This document shows positions 1 through 13,275 of a DNA stretch of 64,000 bases, piece after piece. This DNA is from Phoronis australis (lineage: Eukaryota > Animalia > Phoronida), in contig NMRA01000242.1 in the NCBI GenBank assembly GCA_002633005.1, forward strand, positions 284,868 to 348,867, written 5' to 3'. A program made the position numbers and the translations under genes. The first letter of the stretch is position 1, and each line of letters opens with the position of its first letter. The notes beneath the pieces are model-generated. The model worked only from the letters and a program-made list of their open reading frames with translations, searched no databases and had not been told where the DNA came from.

Positions 1-176
1 ACATTTTGCCCCTAGCCTATTGAGGAGACAATGACCATGCCTTTCCATTTTGCAAAGTACAACATACTACATATATGCCCTCTACTGGCCACTTTATGGT
101 ACCAATAAACAACCCTAGAAGGATACCGTATACGGTGCAATTGTGGGTGCATTTCAGCGCTCTGCGTTGCTCTTGT
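1..176 (+). mobile_element. 3' end of a HINE/DINE-1-like Helentron-associated element (truncated by window start)
   Basis: 77-176 aligns by eye with the reverse complement of 41260-41360; ends gtgggtgcatttcagcgctctgcgttgctcttgt. Confidence 0.7.
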
Positions 177-957
177 TTCAATTATAGGAGATTTCGTCTT
201 TACTTGGTTCCTGAAGTTTAATTATTCCATGTTGCTCAACCGCACAAAACATGTTTCAAACCTTGCCATATTATGACAGTACTTACACTCATTCCGTCAC
301 TGTTCAGGCATTGATAACAACTGTACTCGCCTGGGGGGCTTAAATTGGAGAACTAAAAATCTGCGACTGGGTGTTAACTCGAGCATGGGCTCTTAAATTT
401 AGAATGTATGAGATCAGTCAATGGAGTTCATGCCCTAGGGAACTACATTGCTGTCAGACTTCAGGTCCAAGAGTTAAATAAAACATGGGCAGATTGTAAA
501 CAATATAGGAAGGGGCTTGCCATCTAGAGTGGAGAAATCATTGTAGTTTAGTACAGTAACCAAGGTCTTTGTGCAGCATAGGTAATGAGTTGACTTTGTA
601 CTGCTCATGTAAATACTTTCACTGTTTAAGGTAATTGGATACCTTCCCTATGAAGGGTCACACTTCTTTAAGTATCTTTTAAAACACAACTTGTCAACCC
701 ATGAAACCAAGCATTTTTCAAGTCCCTTGATGATATATAGGAGAGTGTCAAAATGCCATGATTTTTCGATGTGAATCCTTCCACAGTTGGTCCATTTACA
801 TATCAATTGTTGATGATCTCTCAGTTAATTTTGATGGCAGAAACCGGTTGTTGTCTTGCCTGGGAAAACGTTGAGATCAGTTTATTGAAGTTCAGTCCTA
901 AGACCAGAAGAAATAATGTCTGCTTTTTTGTTTTGTAACTTGTAGTTCTCATTGCAG

Positions 958-1138
958 ATAACAGGTGGCGCTGGGTTTGTAGGTTCACACTTAGTAGATC
1001 AGCTGATGATGGAGGGACATGAGGTGACCGTGGCTGATAACTACTTCACCGGTCGCAAGTGTAACGTCGAGCATTGGATAGGTCACGACAACTTTGAACT
1101 GTTAAATCACGACATAGTTAACCCACTTTATATTGAAG
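958..1138 (+). CDS. UXS1: UXS1 exon ([11 protein letters not shown]...PLYIE)
   Basis: attgcag acceptor, G|gtacga donor; Rossmann glycine motif. Confidence 0.95.
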
Positions 1139-4100
1139 GTACGAACGAGTAATGTCAACACCTGTATAAGATCAATCTGCAGCTTGTGCATGACTTGTGT
1201 ACAATACTGGTGTTTGTGCCTAGTAAATGCCCAACACTGATACAAACCTTATCCTATAGACAGTACAATTGTCTAGGTAGCAGCACCTGTATGATCTCAC
1301 TCTCCATGTATACTGTGCTGGTGTTTGTTCCTAGTAAATGCCCGACACTGATACAAACCTTATCCTATAGACAGTACAGTTGTCTAGGTAGCAGCACCTG
1401 TATAATCTCACTCTCCATGTATACTGTGCGGGTGTTTTTTCCTAGTAAATGCCCAGCACTGATGCAAACCTTATCCTACAAACTGTATAATTGTTGCCAC
1501 TAGGTAGCAGCACCTGTATCAGCTCCTCTGCATGTTGGCTTTGCTGGTGTTTGTTCCTAGTAAATGCCTAACACTGATGTAAACCTTATCCTACAGACTG
1601 TACACTAAAATCGTGTTACACTAATTATGGGATACCTAGGATAATGCATAATGTATCGAATAATGATTAATTGCTGGCAAACTGTTTTATGTAAGGAAGT
1701 CAATGTGGTAAAAAGAAATGACTGTATTTTAGGTTGTGCGAAGCTGACTGTTGGCATGTGAAACAAGACTAGTTCATTACAACCTAAGTTATAGCAATCA
1801 TGTTCATATATTTTGACATTTTTTACAGTTGACCAGATCTATCACCTGGCCTCCCCGGCCTCCCCTCCCAACTATATGTATAATCCAATAAAAACGCTCA
1901 AGACCAACACAGTAGGAACTATCAATATGTTGGGTGAGTACGTCTTGTAGTTTTCAGTGCATACTTTCCAAAGGTTCTAAAATACTTGTACAGACTGAAT
2001 TACACTTCCAAGAAACTTGGTGAAACAACACATTGATATTTGGTATCCAAGTTCATTAATCAATGTGCAATTTCTTTGCGATGTTTTCCATGTAGTGATC
2101 CTGGCTGTACTTGGAACTTGTCAAGTCTAATGAACTTTCAGCTCAGCTCTCCATCATAAACTCATCATTCCGGCAAGTTAGTCTGTTAAAGGTTTTGTGC
2201 TCTTTCTTAATTGTTTTTTTTCTTATAACAGTCCAGTAGTTAAATAGGTTCACGTTTTACCAACAGTTAATGTTCAGAATGTAATGTGCAAACATGCAAC
2301 GAGAACTACGATGAAAACTTTGGAATAGAGATTACAATGTGGCATGGCTTGATCCTAATTATTTGGTGTGGACAGGCTGCAATATAATCAGGTTGAGGTA
2401 GCCACCAAGGTTGTGAAGTTCTGAACTTTGATACACTGGGGTCCCAACGATACACGCAAGGCAGCCTCAATGATACGCACGTACATACACACACACTCAC
2501 ACCTACGCGCACACACGCGCACGCACACACATGCACACGCACACGCACACACACACACACACACACAACCCACTGAGGCCCCAATGATCCACACACACTG
2601 AATCTCCTATAATGCACACTCACACACTGAGGCCCCTATGAAGCACACACGCCGAGGCCCTTATGATGCACACGCACTGAGGCCCCAATGATACACACAC
2701 CTCAGTGACATCTCAGATAATAAACTTAACTGATTGTGGCTTAATATAATGGTTACTCCACTGCTACAGGGCTCGCCAGGCGAGTACACGCCCGCGTCCT
2801 GCTTGCTTCCACCTCGGAGGTGTACGGCGACCCCGAGGAACACCCTCAGAGAGAGGAATACTGGGGTCACGTCAACCCTATAGGGCCGCGGGCATGCTAT
2901 GACGAAGGCAAGAGAGTTGCCGAGACCATGTGTTATGCCTACGAGAAACAAGTAAGTCATTACAGTGTGCCGGCTTATGGCAAGTTTGATTATTTCTTTC
3001 CTATCTGCTACAATCATACACATTTGAAATTATGCATGGCTTGTACCATAGTCTTATAGATGGAGCTACTGTTTGTTTAGTTGGGCTGTATGGTCCAATG
3101 CATTCAATTTGGGAGCTTTTTCCAAAACTTACTATAACTGTTGATAAATTTCACGAAACCCAGACGGGATGCAGACAAAAAGTAACATCAAATTGTGTGA
3201 AAATTTAGATCTGAATTTTTCCTCTGGAACGCACTGTAGAAATTTTGCAATCTTTTTTGAAACCTCCTGTAGCTCAAACTTAGTGTTCAGTGCAGTACTT
3301 CACCAGTGTTAACCAAACCAGGATAACACCAAACCAGGAAGCCTTCTACATAATGTTCTATGTTCATTCTTGATGACTTGCATCAGGTCACATGAACACA
3401 TTCTTCTGTTTGAGCCATTATGTAAGTCTAATGCTCAGTTGAACGTGATTAAAGAAAACAGTTACAATTCCATGATCGTGTTAATTTTGTTTTCAGGAGA
3501 ATGTGACTGTGCGTGTGGCCCGGATCTTCAACACTTTTGGTCCGCGCATGCACATGGATGATGGTCGTGTGGTCAGTAATTTTATACTTCAAGCCCTACA
3601 AGACAAGGACATTACTGTAAGTCAGTACATTTGTACAGTTGTCACCGTGCTGATCAGTGTTAAGTTGACTTGTGAGGATAAGTCGAATTTTTAATGCAAA
3701 GGGTATTAGAATAGTGCACACGCCTATTGACACACTTATGAGTACTTAAGTGCACCTGGAGGTCAAACCTCAGGGTGTCGGTGTCAGTAAGGTGGTGTAT
3801 CACATTTTGTGTGACTGTTGAAGTTGAGGATTCATGTCTTGGTGAAACTGAAGAGCCGATCAGAAAGCGCATGGCACAACACGGCATTGTAAATGTTAGT
3901 GGTTTGAACTCTGCAGTATTTGATCACCTTAGTACACGGGACCTGAGACAATGGACGTGAGGGCGCTGGACATAAAAAGTTCTTGGTTTGAGCGAGGTGT
4001 CATAGAGGCTGCCTGAGTTAAAGAGGGAGCTGGACATAAACAGTTCTTAGTTTGAGTGAGGTGTCAGAGAGGTTGGCTGAGTTAAAGACAACAAACCGTC

Positions 4101-5938
4101 TTTGAATAGAGAGGGGGGTTCAGGTTTTATTTGTCTGATTCATGGTCCAGGGCTCTGCAGTTGCTATTTATGAACACTGGTAGAGGGGAAGGGGGGGGGA
4201 ATTTCGTAGGAAGATGTCAGCCTGTAATCCCAGTGGAAGGAGCCAGACGGCTCCGCGATGATGGGAAATTTATTTTATAGTAAGTTCCAGATGTTGTGAT
4301 TGATATTTTTTTGTAATTAACCGGGATGAATAATAATGTCCATTGTCTAATAAAAACTTTTTTTATTTATATCACAGATAACAAGAATCAGTGTCATTTG
4401 CCAATGAAAAGATTGCTCTAATAGCTCATTAATTGTTCATTTCCATGAAACTGAACAAATTTGAGTATGTGTAAAATTTAATGGAAACAACTTGTATGAT
4501 CGCAATTCAAGCAAAATTGTGAGACATGTTTTCAAAAAAATATGGTAAATTAATGCCTCAACTAGAATTGTTTGTATATTTTTATGACTGCATATTAAGT
4601 TGGGTAATTGTCATACTAGTGTTTTCACATCTGTTTCAGATCTACGGTGATGGCTCGCAGACTCGCTCATTTCAATATGTCAGTGACCTGGTTGATGGCC
4701 TCATAGCACTGATGAACAGTGACTATAACAAACCAGTAAACTTGGGTAACCCTGATGAATACACCATCAAGCAATTTGCTACAATCATTAAGGGTATAGT
4801 TGGTACGTTACTTGTCTATGCCTAGTTGTGTATAAAGTGTTTGGTTTTCCAAACTAATTCTGTGTCAACATTAACCTCGTTTGTGTGAAATAATTGGTTT
4901 GGAAACTGGTCTGTCACAAAATGAGGGTAACTGATCCACCCGTCGTAGTGTAAAGTCGCAGGGTTTGTGTTTGAGCAGCCTTGAAAATGAAGGTGGGTTG
5001 TGTATTTCCACGCAAGAAATTTATAGATTTGATATCTTTGTCTTTTTACTAAGTAAATAATTGTTTTTTCCTGCAGGAAAATGTATCCAAACATTTCCAT
5101 ATGGTTGTTCTCTGCACCTTCTTTAAAGTGCTTTGAGATTGCCAAAGTGTCTTGAGTTTATCACTGAGTCTATTGTAAAAAATGAGAATTCCTTCTATTG
5201 AGAGAGTATTGAAGTAAGCATTAAACTAGAATCACGTCTGACAGCTGATGCTCATGTGAAGGGTGTGATTTGATTCGAAACTAGTGTTTGGTTATGTAAA
5301 TAATTAATTGTCTCTAGATGTTTTGGTCATCTGTTGCAGGTGGAAACAGCAAAATAGTCAACAAACCTGCCATGGAGGATGACCCTCAAAAACGCAAACC
5401 TGATATTAGCCGTGCAAAGAAAATACTAAACTGGGAACCTAAGGTACTGTGGGAAATGTGAGATAACCTGTGAACGGTAATGTTTGACCTTTCACCTTCT
5501 TACTCTCTCAATAACCTTTGTTTGAAAGGTCAAAATCCCCCACATTTCTTTGATTGCAATGTGATTGTAAAAATTACCTGAGTGTGTAATTAGTCATCCC
5601 ATGGAGCAGTCCATCTTGTGAGGTGGATCGTAATTGCTGGTCTAAAAACTGAAGCCTGCCCTGAATAGTAATTCAACTGTCAGGCTTGTAGTTGCAGGAG
5701 GGTCGCCCAAAACAGCCACCATTGCTGGCCACCCTCTTGTCCACATATCTTTGTTACAACTATGTCTTCATCTATCCAAATGGTCATGTGACCTACTGTT
5801 GTCATAGGAACCAACAGTCAATTTGACCTATTGCAGGTGCCAATGAAGGAAGGGATCAATAAAACTGTTGAATACTTCAGGAAGGAGTTAGAGAGATCAC
5901 GGCGGAGCGAACAGGAGTGGAAGGCCAAGAACTCGTAG
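958..5938 (+). CDS. UXS1: UDP-glucuronic acid decarboxylase 1 (UDP-xylose synthase), 5'-partial; join(958..1138,1829..1933,2770..2951,3497..3616,4640..4802,5340..5443,5837..5938)
   Basis: Seven GT-AG-bounded exons join in frame (957 nt, TAG stop). Extended-SDR motifs: [11 protein letters not shown] (NAD-binding), [22 protein letters not shown], catalytic [34 protein letters not shown]-terminal exons lie upstream of the window. Confidence 0.97.
1158..1604. repeat. Tandem repeat, ~111-bp unit, ~4 copies
   Basis: cctagtaaatgcc recurs near 1218, 1330, 1441 and 1556. Confidence 0.9.
1829..1933 (+). CDS. UXS1: UXS1 exon ([14 protein letters not shown]...NMLG)
   Basis: ttttacag acceptor, G|gtgagt donor; absent from ORF track. 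Confidence 0.95.
2476..2700. repeat. (CA)n/(CACG)n microsatellite followed by a degenerate cactgaggcccc.atga minisatellite
   Basis: Direct reading. Confidence 0.85.
2770..2951 (+). CDS. UXS1: UXS1 exon (LARRVH...YDEGKR...YEKQ)
   Basis: ctacag acceptor, gtaagt donor; YxxxK catalytic motif. Confidence 0.95.
3497..3616 (+). CDS. UXS1: UXS1 exon ([16 protein letters not shown]...KDIT)
   Basis: ttttcag acceptor, gtaagt donor; phase 0-0. Confidence 0.95.
3958..4088. repeat. Two tandem copies of a ~64-bp unit
   Basis: gctggacataaa.agttctt.gtttgag.gaggtgtca.agagg occurs twice. Confidence 0.8.
4640..4802 (+). CDS. UXS1: UXS1 exon ([16 protein letters not shown]...KGIV)
   Basis: gtttcag acceptor, G|gtacgt donor. 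Confidence 0.95.
5340..5443 (+). CDS. UXS1: UXS1 exon (GNSKIV...[10 protein letters not shown]...WEPK)
   Basis: gttgcag acceptor, AAG|gtactg donor. Confidence 0.94.
5837..5938 (+). CDS. UXS1: UXS1 last coding exon ([18 protein letters not shown]...KNS*)
   Basis: attgcag acceptor; 34 codons ending TAG. Confidence 0.93.
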   Translation: MPMKEGINKTVEYFRKELERSRRSEQEWKAKNS

Positions 5939-6848
5939 GACAGTGCCCTCTGTGGGGCAATACATGACTGTAGTGCTCTGTCAATAATTGCATACCCTGG
6001 GTAAGGTTAAGTCTGTTTGACAGCCAAACCCAGTGTGAATATGTTCTTTGTTAAATTTGTTACTCACTTAGTGATTCCTTTGTTGGTGAAAACACTGTAC
6101 AGTATTTGTTGTTATTTATGGTTTCAGGCTCAACTGTCACATGTCTGAGAAATGTTTTGTAAATGTGGCTGCTTGGAGTTGGGAATGTGGACTTCTCTTG
6201 CCTTGTGATGTACACTGTCTCCTGTCCAGTTTTGTTATGAGGAAGGCACTCAGGGATCAATAGTGATTTATTATTAGTTATTGAAGGCAGGTTGATGCTA
6301 GTCACCTGTCGCTTGTGGCGGGAAAGTGTCATCACCAACCAATCATCGACTGTATTCAATAATGTGATTTTAAGATAACTGCCTACTTTTGTTATGGTAC
6401 TAAGAATCGGATTACCTAAATATCTTCCTACGTTGTAACTGTTTGCATGGAACCATTCATTTTTGAAATTCTTACCAAAGAAACATTTTGTGTCCCCGAA
6501 TATGGTGCTTTCATGCTTGTTATGTGGTAAAGTGTTTTCCATGAAATCACTATTTTGAATATTGAGATGGCTTCAACCACTAGAGATGTGAGATTTGTGC
6601 TGAATACTATACTCTGTTTTGGTGAGTTTACCAAAAGCTGATTTTGTCAGCCACTGATGCTCTTTTGTCACCTGCCCTGAGTGATAGAAGCATTATTCAA
6701 CCACTGCTTCATCATTTTTTGTTCATGTAGGCGGTCTTTCCCCACAGTCGTCATGGTAACTCATCTAGAGTGTTAGTTACAGCCGATTAAGTAGACTTTC
6801 TAAGGAATTTTAAAACTTGCTCTAAACTTTTGATGATTGGCAACGCTA

Positions 6849-6947
6849 TTCATTTGTTCATTTAAAACTCAAAAATAAAGTAATGCTAAGTTAGTAACAA
6901 AGCATTATATGATAATTTTATTTTTGAGTTTTAAATGAACAAACGAA
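6849..6947. repeat. Near-perfect inverted repeat (31-bp arms) containing AATAAA
   Basis: 6849-6879 equals the reverse complement of 6917-6947 except for one base. Confidence 0.9.
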
Positions 6948-7134
6948 AGCTAGTGTGTTCTCAGTGGGCAGATGCAGGCTTGGTATCCTTTCAAGTTAGC
7001 CGCTGTTTTATTGTTATATATGTGTCAATGTTTTTCCTTGATATCAGAAATGCTCCAGAGTGCCTCCTGCTGTAGATTACCTTTGCACCGGTATGTCTTG
7101 TTCACATACAGCCATGTAGTGGCTTCAGTGCTTG

Positions 7135-7465
7135 TATCAGTGTTGTTTGGCATCAGTGTTGGTTGACATCAGTATTGGTTGGTGTCAGTATTGGGCGACG
7201 TTAGCAGTGGCCGATGTCCGTATTGGTTGCCATCAGTATTGGTCGCAACAGTATTGGTCGTCACTAGTATTGGTCTGATTCAGTATTAGGTGGCATCAGA
7301 ATTGGTTGCACCAGTATTGGTTGGCATCAGTATCGGTCGGCACTAGTATGTGTCGTCATCAGTATTTTTCGGTATCAGCATTGGTCTTTATCAGTATTGG
7401 TCGCCGTCAGTATTTGCCACCATCAGTATTGGCTGGCGTCAGTATTGCTCAGCGTCAGTACTGGT
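7135..7465. repeat. Degenerate minisatellite, ~16-20-bp unit (catcagtattggt..g)
   Basis: cagtattgg core recurs many times. Confidence 0.85.
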
Positions 7466-7846
7466 CATTGCTGTGTTTAAACACCATCACAGTGCTGTTC
7501 TGTAATACAATGTAACTGCAGTCTCAACCATAGAACATTAATATCCCAACAACCAAAATCCTGAATTCATTCACATCAGTCGCTATGGTTTTATTGTACG
7601 ATTTATTGTTTATTGGATTAACCAGTGCTTACAGAGAATGTTAAGTGATGTGACTTTGTTAATGTTTACATATGTACATATGTTTGATGGAATGGTGACT
7701 TTTACTGTTGACATTGTGTCTATTGTGCCATGTTGGTTAATTTAGAAATTTTGTCCCTTGCATCAGTGTCCTTCTTAGAAATCCATGTGATGTCATTAGA
7801 CAACTGATGTCTGAAGACAATTGGAAGGGCAAAAAATGGTAAAAAT

Positions 7847-8351
7847 TAGGGCTTGGAATTTTCCGCGGAAACGCGGATTTCCGCTTTTTTCAAATGTGCT
7901 TTCCGCTTTTTTTATAATATTTCCGCGTAAAAAAATCGGATTTGATATAAAATTTCCGCGGCAAATTCCTTTCTTACCGCGGCGTTGTAGACGACGTTCA
8001 CCTCGAAAAGCGGAAGTTGCTATTATGTTTCGGAGGAACGTAAATTGTCAACATTGCCGGGGCATCTGGGACAGCGTGGTGGGATTTTCAATGGCGTCTC
8101 GTGTTATTGTTAAGCGCGGCGACAAATACTACCTCTCTGCAGCCAAAAATGTGTGGGTTGGGAGTGGACGAGCGAGCTAAAAGGATGCAGACGCATGCTA
8201 CTGATGGTGGTAACGTTTTTTTTTTAGTCCTCCCGATTTTTGTCAGGGAAAGGTTAACATTGACCATTTCAAGACTGGTTATCGGGCATGATTTGGGCTG
8301 TAAAAGTTTCAAAGTTTCCGCATTTTTTGTCATTGGTCATTCCAAGCCCTG
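7847..8351. mobile_element. MITE with hAT-like termini
   Basis: TIRs tagggcttggaat / attccaagccctg; ttccgc subterminal repeats; flanked by the direct repeat aaaaat. Confidence 0.75.
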
Positions 8352-9082
8352 AAAAATTAACCCATTCAAAATCACCAACTTCGTATTAAAATGAATCAAG
8401 TTGGAGTCTGTGGCAGATGTAGAAACAATGAATTCCACTCAGCCCATAGAGTATTTGCTTTAGAAATACTCGCGGGATTGAAAACCGTTTGCTTCGATTT
8501 GCATTGCATCATTTGGAGACAAACTGATTTAAAGCTGTTACAAAGCCCGCCTTGACCACTTACTGTTATGATGTTGGTTTCAACTTGTTCCTTTGTCAAA
8601 TTGGAGCGGATTTCAGGGCTTCCATAGAACTTTCTGTTTGTTATTTTTTCAGACCAAGCTCATAAAATGTTATGAANCCATTTCAAGACTGGTTATCGGG
8701 CATGATTTGGGCTGTAAAAGTTTCCGCATTTTTTGTCATTGGTCATTCCAAGCCCTGAAAAATTAACCCATTCAAAATCACCAACTTCGTATTAAAATGA
8801 ATCAAGTTGGAGTCTGTGGCAGATGTATAAACAATGAATTCCACTCAGCCCATAGAGTATTTGCTTTAGAAATACTCGCGGGATTGAAAACCGTTTGCTT
8901 CGATTTGCATTGCATCATTTGGAGACAAACTGATTTAAAGCTGTTACAAAGCCCGCCTTGACCACTTACTGTTATGATGTTGGTTTCAACTTGTTCCTTT
9001 GTCAAATTGGAGCGGATTTCAGGGCTTCCATAGAACTTTCTGTTTGTTATTTTTTCAGACCAAGCTCATAAAATGTTATGAA
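8264..9082. repeat. ~410-bp direct duplication split by a single N (probable assembly overlap of two haplotypes)
   Basis: 8264-8676 vs 8678-9082 differ by one 8-bp indel and one SNP that I could see; N at 8677. Confidence 0.85.
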
Positions 9083-9124
9083 AACCATTCCTAACTGAGT
9101 CAATATTCAAGAAATCCATTTATA

Positions 9125-9523
9125 CAGGGTGTCTCAAAAATTAGTACCAGAAAATGGTTTCGAGAACTAATTATTTTCCTTATATCAGGAATCCAAATTT
9201 TCTTTGAGTAAACAAAAATTTTTCAAGCTTTGGCATTAAACACTAATGGTTGTCCAGTACAGATATTGAATGTTTTTTAGAAAATCTTATACACCAGCAT
9301 GGAGAATAAATAACAGCAGTGTATGTGTGTCCTACAGTGAACAACTATGTTTGAACATTGGAGGCAGTAGTTTCAGTGCTTACAAACAATACAGTTGTTC
9401 TTTCTCTGAATTTACAGTCAACTGGCATTTTTCTTAACTTTACAAAATATATCATTTGTTCCCAGTAAAACATTTTGTGATATTCATATTTCAGGGCATC
9501 CTGTGCATTTTTGGAACACCCTG
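9125..9523. mobile_element. Tc1/mariner-type MITE
   Basis: Imperfect TIRs cagggtgtctcaaaaa / tttttggaacaccctg; TA on the left, TG (decayed TA) on the right. Confidence 0.65.
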
Positions 9524-9580
9524 TGAACTAATTCTGTAAGTTGTATTCTCCTGTGGGTTTCCCAATGTCACAGGTGTCAT

Positions 9581-10339
9581 TTTTATTAGCCGGTATAAAT
9601 ATGTGGGCGCGTTATGCCGTCATCTCTGTCTGGCCTTGCGGCCATCTGCTGCTGTATCTCCATAACCGTGTGATGTATGTTCATGAAATTTTGCAGAAAT
9701 GTCCCTTTCATGGATTGGATGGTATGATCCAATTACTGGTGTGCCCCCTAGTGGCAGTTTTAGTTTTTACATTTGCCTCTTTATCTTCTGTATTGGATTC
9801 TCATGAAATTTTGTCAAATAGGTATCTGTTAGGAAGATGCCACCTTCACATTTTTGAATGGATTCGACCTATTTTGCGCCACCTAGTGGCCATTTTCACT
9901 GTTTTCGAGTTTGCCACCTGCCCCTGTATTGGCCAAACCACTGTAAGGGTGATAATGAAAATTGATCTATATGTTGCTGATGGGAAGAGGATGGCTGACG
10001 ATTTTCAGACAGCTCCGACTGCAGTGGCTCGTCCTAGTGGCTGTATCTCATAAACCCTATGCAGGAGCTTTATTAAATTTGGCAAGTGAATTTACGTGAA
10101 TGTGACAACATGCGACGATGACTTTCGGACAGATCTAACTACTGCTTTGCCCCTTAGTGGCAATTTTATTTTTTCCATTTTCCACCGTGTCTTTGGCGTT
10201 TTTTTATGAAATTTGGTTGATTTCTATTAAAGAGGCGATGACAAGTTTCCGTTTTCAGATCGACTTGACATAGTTCACCCCTCTTAGTGGCCATTTTTAT
10301 TATTTTTGAGGCTGCTTTTGACGTCTGCGTTGCTCTTGT
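9581..10339 (+). mobile_element. HINE/DINE-1-like element copy (diverged)
   Basis: Starts tttt...tatgtgggcgcgttatgccgtcatctctgtc, ends tctgcgttgctcttgt; internal ~150-bp subunits with gcc.cctagtggc. Confidence 0.75.
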
Positions 10340-12041
10340 TATAACTTCTCCAGCAAATTGACTCATTTCCTTTGTTAAAGTGCATTTAAATTTGTCCCAA
10401 GTTTGTAGAAATAACTCTGCTCAGAAACTTTTGTATTTAGTACTGTTAACTCATTGGGTAGTCGTGGATTTAATTATTGGAAGTGTGCCAAGGTTTAGGT
10501 GGTGTGTATGTGGACAAATAGCATTTAGTTATCATGTTAAGGTTCTAACAATTAACATTCAGAACTGCCATTTGCAGTATCAATGTAAAGTTGCCAAAGA
10601 CTTACACTTAATGAATAAAATGACAGCTTCATTAATATTACGTTCATGGAATTTGTTTTGTTGATTATTACGCAGTTAGCTAATATATGAGAAAGATCTT
10701 TTCAGTCCTTGTTTGCAGGACATTCTTTACAAGCATCAAGTACATTCACACAAACAAGACGACACATTTTTCAGCCAGTCCCGTATCATGGATACCAGTA
10801 TTTGATACCGGTGCTAGTTCATACAAACACCATCACTGAAACAAACTCAGTATTCTGAACTTGTTACAGTTTTAACCAATTTTCATTACAATTTGTTGGC
10901 CTTACAGTAGGCTTAACAAAATTTAATTCTAAGATTCAGTTTTGGACTCGAAACTAAAAGTATCAATGCAAAATACTTCTCTGTTGACATTTTTTCAGTC
11001 ATGGGCATGTTCCGTTAACACAAAACTAGCAATCTGGTGAAAAATCTTTGCTCTGTAAAAATGAATCCTGTCCTATAATTTAACATGGCAGCCTTAAAGC
11101 CTATCTTAAATGGCAACACCAGTAGACTTGGTTCCTACAGTATGTCAAGAGCATTTCTCCGAGTCCACTAGTGTAACTAGCTGTTGAGCATATTGGCTTA
11201 CTTTTGCCTACGTCACCACAGGAATCACCTTTTAATTCAAACGGCCACAAATAACACCAACACGCAATGGTGTCCTATTCAGATTCTTATTGTATACAAC
11301 TGTTATCAGTCTTTTATTGTTTTGCCTGGGATCTCGCGGTGACGCAATGGCACGAAAAGGCAGCTTCGTCTATCATTTGACAGGCTTACATTTGCGTGAT
11401 TGAATTCACGTTTTCATATTTTGCTAAGGCTTTGCTAGGACTACCTGGTTAGCCCAATACATCTAAAATATCCAAATTCCATTAAAGTTAGCCTTCAATC
11501 CCCAATGACTTCAGTAACCACCATTTTGCTAAGGTATCCCAAGTGTGCTCTCAAAATTGGATCTTTCAGTCGTGCTATCTTGCCAGCGTGTCTCATGTCT
11601 GAGAAACGCTCCGTAGAATTAGCAGTTCACTTTACTTGCACCAAATGGAGTTCATTGATGTCTTCATAACACAGCTCATTTATGACACACAACAAGTGGG
11701 CACAAAATGGAGTTCATTGATGTCTTCATTGGGATGATTCATAACCACTATGATTTTTATTTTTTATTTCCATTATGCAAGATCAGTATCTGGTCATTTT
11801 GGTACACCCGTGTACATTAAGCTCAACTTACCTTTGCGAGTGAATCAAATTGACATTTATTACGGGTTTAACATAATAAAAAAAACGGCTGTTTACTAAA
11901 AAGTGTTTTGGTGCAATACAAAATGCAAATAGCATACAGAATCCATTTAAAATTACAGTCCTTCAAATAATTGCAAGGTCAAATGCTCAAATTAAAAGCT
12001 TTTCAAGATCAGAATTTAATTCAATAACTTATCAAAGCCAT

Positions 12042-12155
12042 GGCTCTAAAATCAAGTACTCTTCAGTGGACTGGAACATCTGTACACTGATTTAGCACAA
12101 GGTCCTGGATTCAAGTCCTGGTGGGGGCAGAAATCTTTTTGGGCTAAAACTCATT
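12042..12155 (+). mobile_element. Degenerate tRNA-derived SINE-like head
   Basis: tcagtggact...aaggtcctggattcaagtcctgg (B-box-like); resembles 25257-25350. Confidence 0.4.
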
Positions 12156-13275
12156 AGGTTAATTTGATGTGGCCAACAGGTGGTGTGCTGACCAGACTTA
12201 AAAATGTTTGCAATTTGTCGATTATGACTAAGAATAATCTTGTAGTATGAATAAAAACGAGCACTTCCCGACAATGCCAATTTATGTCTTATTACAAAAC
12301 TGTTCATTCACACGATTGTATATGTCAGCAAATCACCAATCTTTCAAGCAAAAGGCTTTGAAATATAAAATAGCTGTCTAAATTCAACAGTAAAATGCAT
12401 TTAGTAGTTTAACACTATACAAACAATCCTATGTACCTGCATGACTGTTATCACTAATAATAATGTATATGAAACACTGTACAAGATGTGAACATTAAGA
12501 CATATTAACTGCGTACAAGACTTACAATGGACAGCCACAGAAGTCAAAACCTGCATGCCAGAAGTACTGCTCACTGCTTGAGGTCAAAGTTCACACGACA
12601 CGTGCTGCCAAAGCCTGTGTCAGTAGCATACGGTGATTTGACAGCACCACACAAGTTTGACATCTTTATCACAAGCATCTTCACATTTCTTTGTTAGAAA
12701 AACACTGACAAAAATGGAGATCCGCAACCACAAAATCATACGTATAAAACCTTGCAAATGACGAAAATGTGAACATGTCCACTCACGGGATTCTCATACA
12801 TTTGAGAACAACCCTTTTCAATCTGTGCACACAACACTGTACACATTGCGACATTCTAAATGCTACAAAACACAAGGTCATTTCATGACCTTTCTAAATA
12901 CGATATATACAATGTAATTTAGAGATATGCAAATTGGTTACAGAGTGATGCTTTGAAGCCAGAAACTTGTTCTAAAATAATAAAGTACAAATTTTATTCC
13001 AACTGAGTGACTTAAGTTATATCTGCTGTCCAAGTTATAATGCTGCACTACTTTTTTAATTTGCACAAGTCAATCTTTACACAGCTTTTTCACAACAAAA
13101 AGAGCAGCTACACCCAATTTATCCAAAAACAACAACACATAATTCTCAATAAGGTTTTACACAATGTTAATACAATTATAGTGATACATTGAAGTTAAAC
13201 GTTTAAATATTTCATGTTCATTTTGTAAAACCAGTCTTGCAATATTATCTTCATACACGACCACGTTGGACTTGT

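Noticed and set aside
6060-6542. 160-aa minus-strand ORF
   Set aside because: Antisense to the probable UXS1 3' UTR; no motif or splice support
8264-9082. 410-bp tandem duplication giving two near-identical 67-aa ORFs
   Set aside because: The copies abut a single N and differ only by allele-like changes; most likely a scaffolding artefact
9541-10053. 170-aa ORF and similar ORFs at 41881, 32611 and 54814
   Set aside because: They lie inside non-coding HINE-like repeats; no recognisable protein motif
12042-12155. Possible tRNA gene (also 25257-25330)
   Set aside because: Only A/B-box-like remnants; no acceptor stem or cloverleaf can be built
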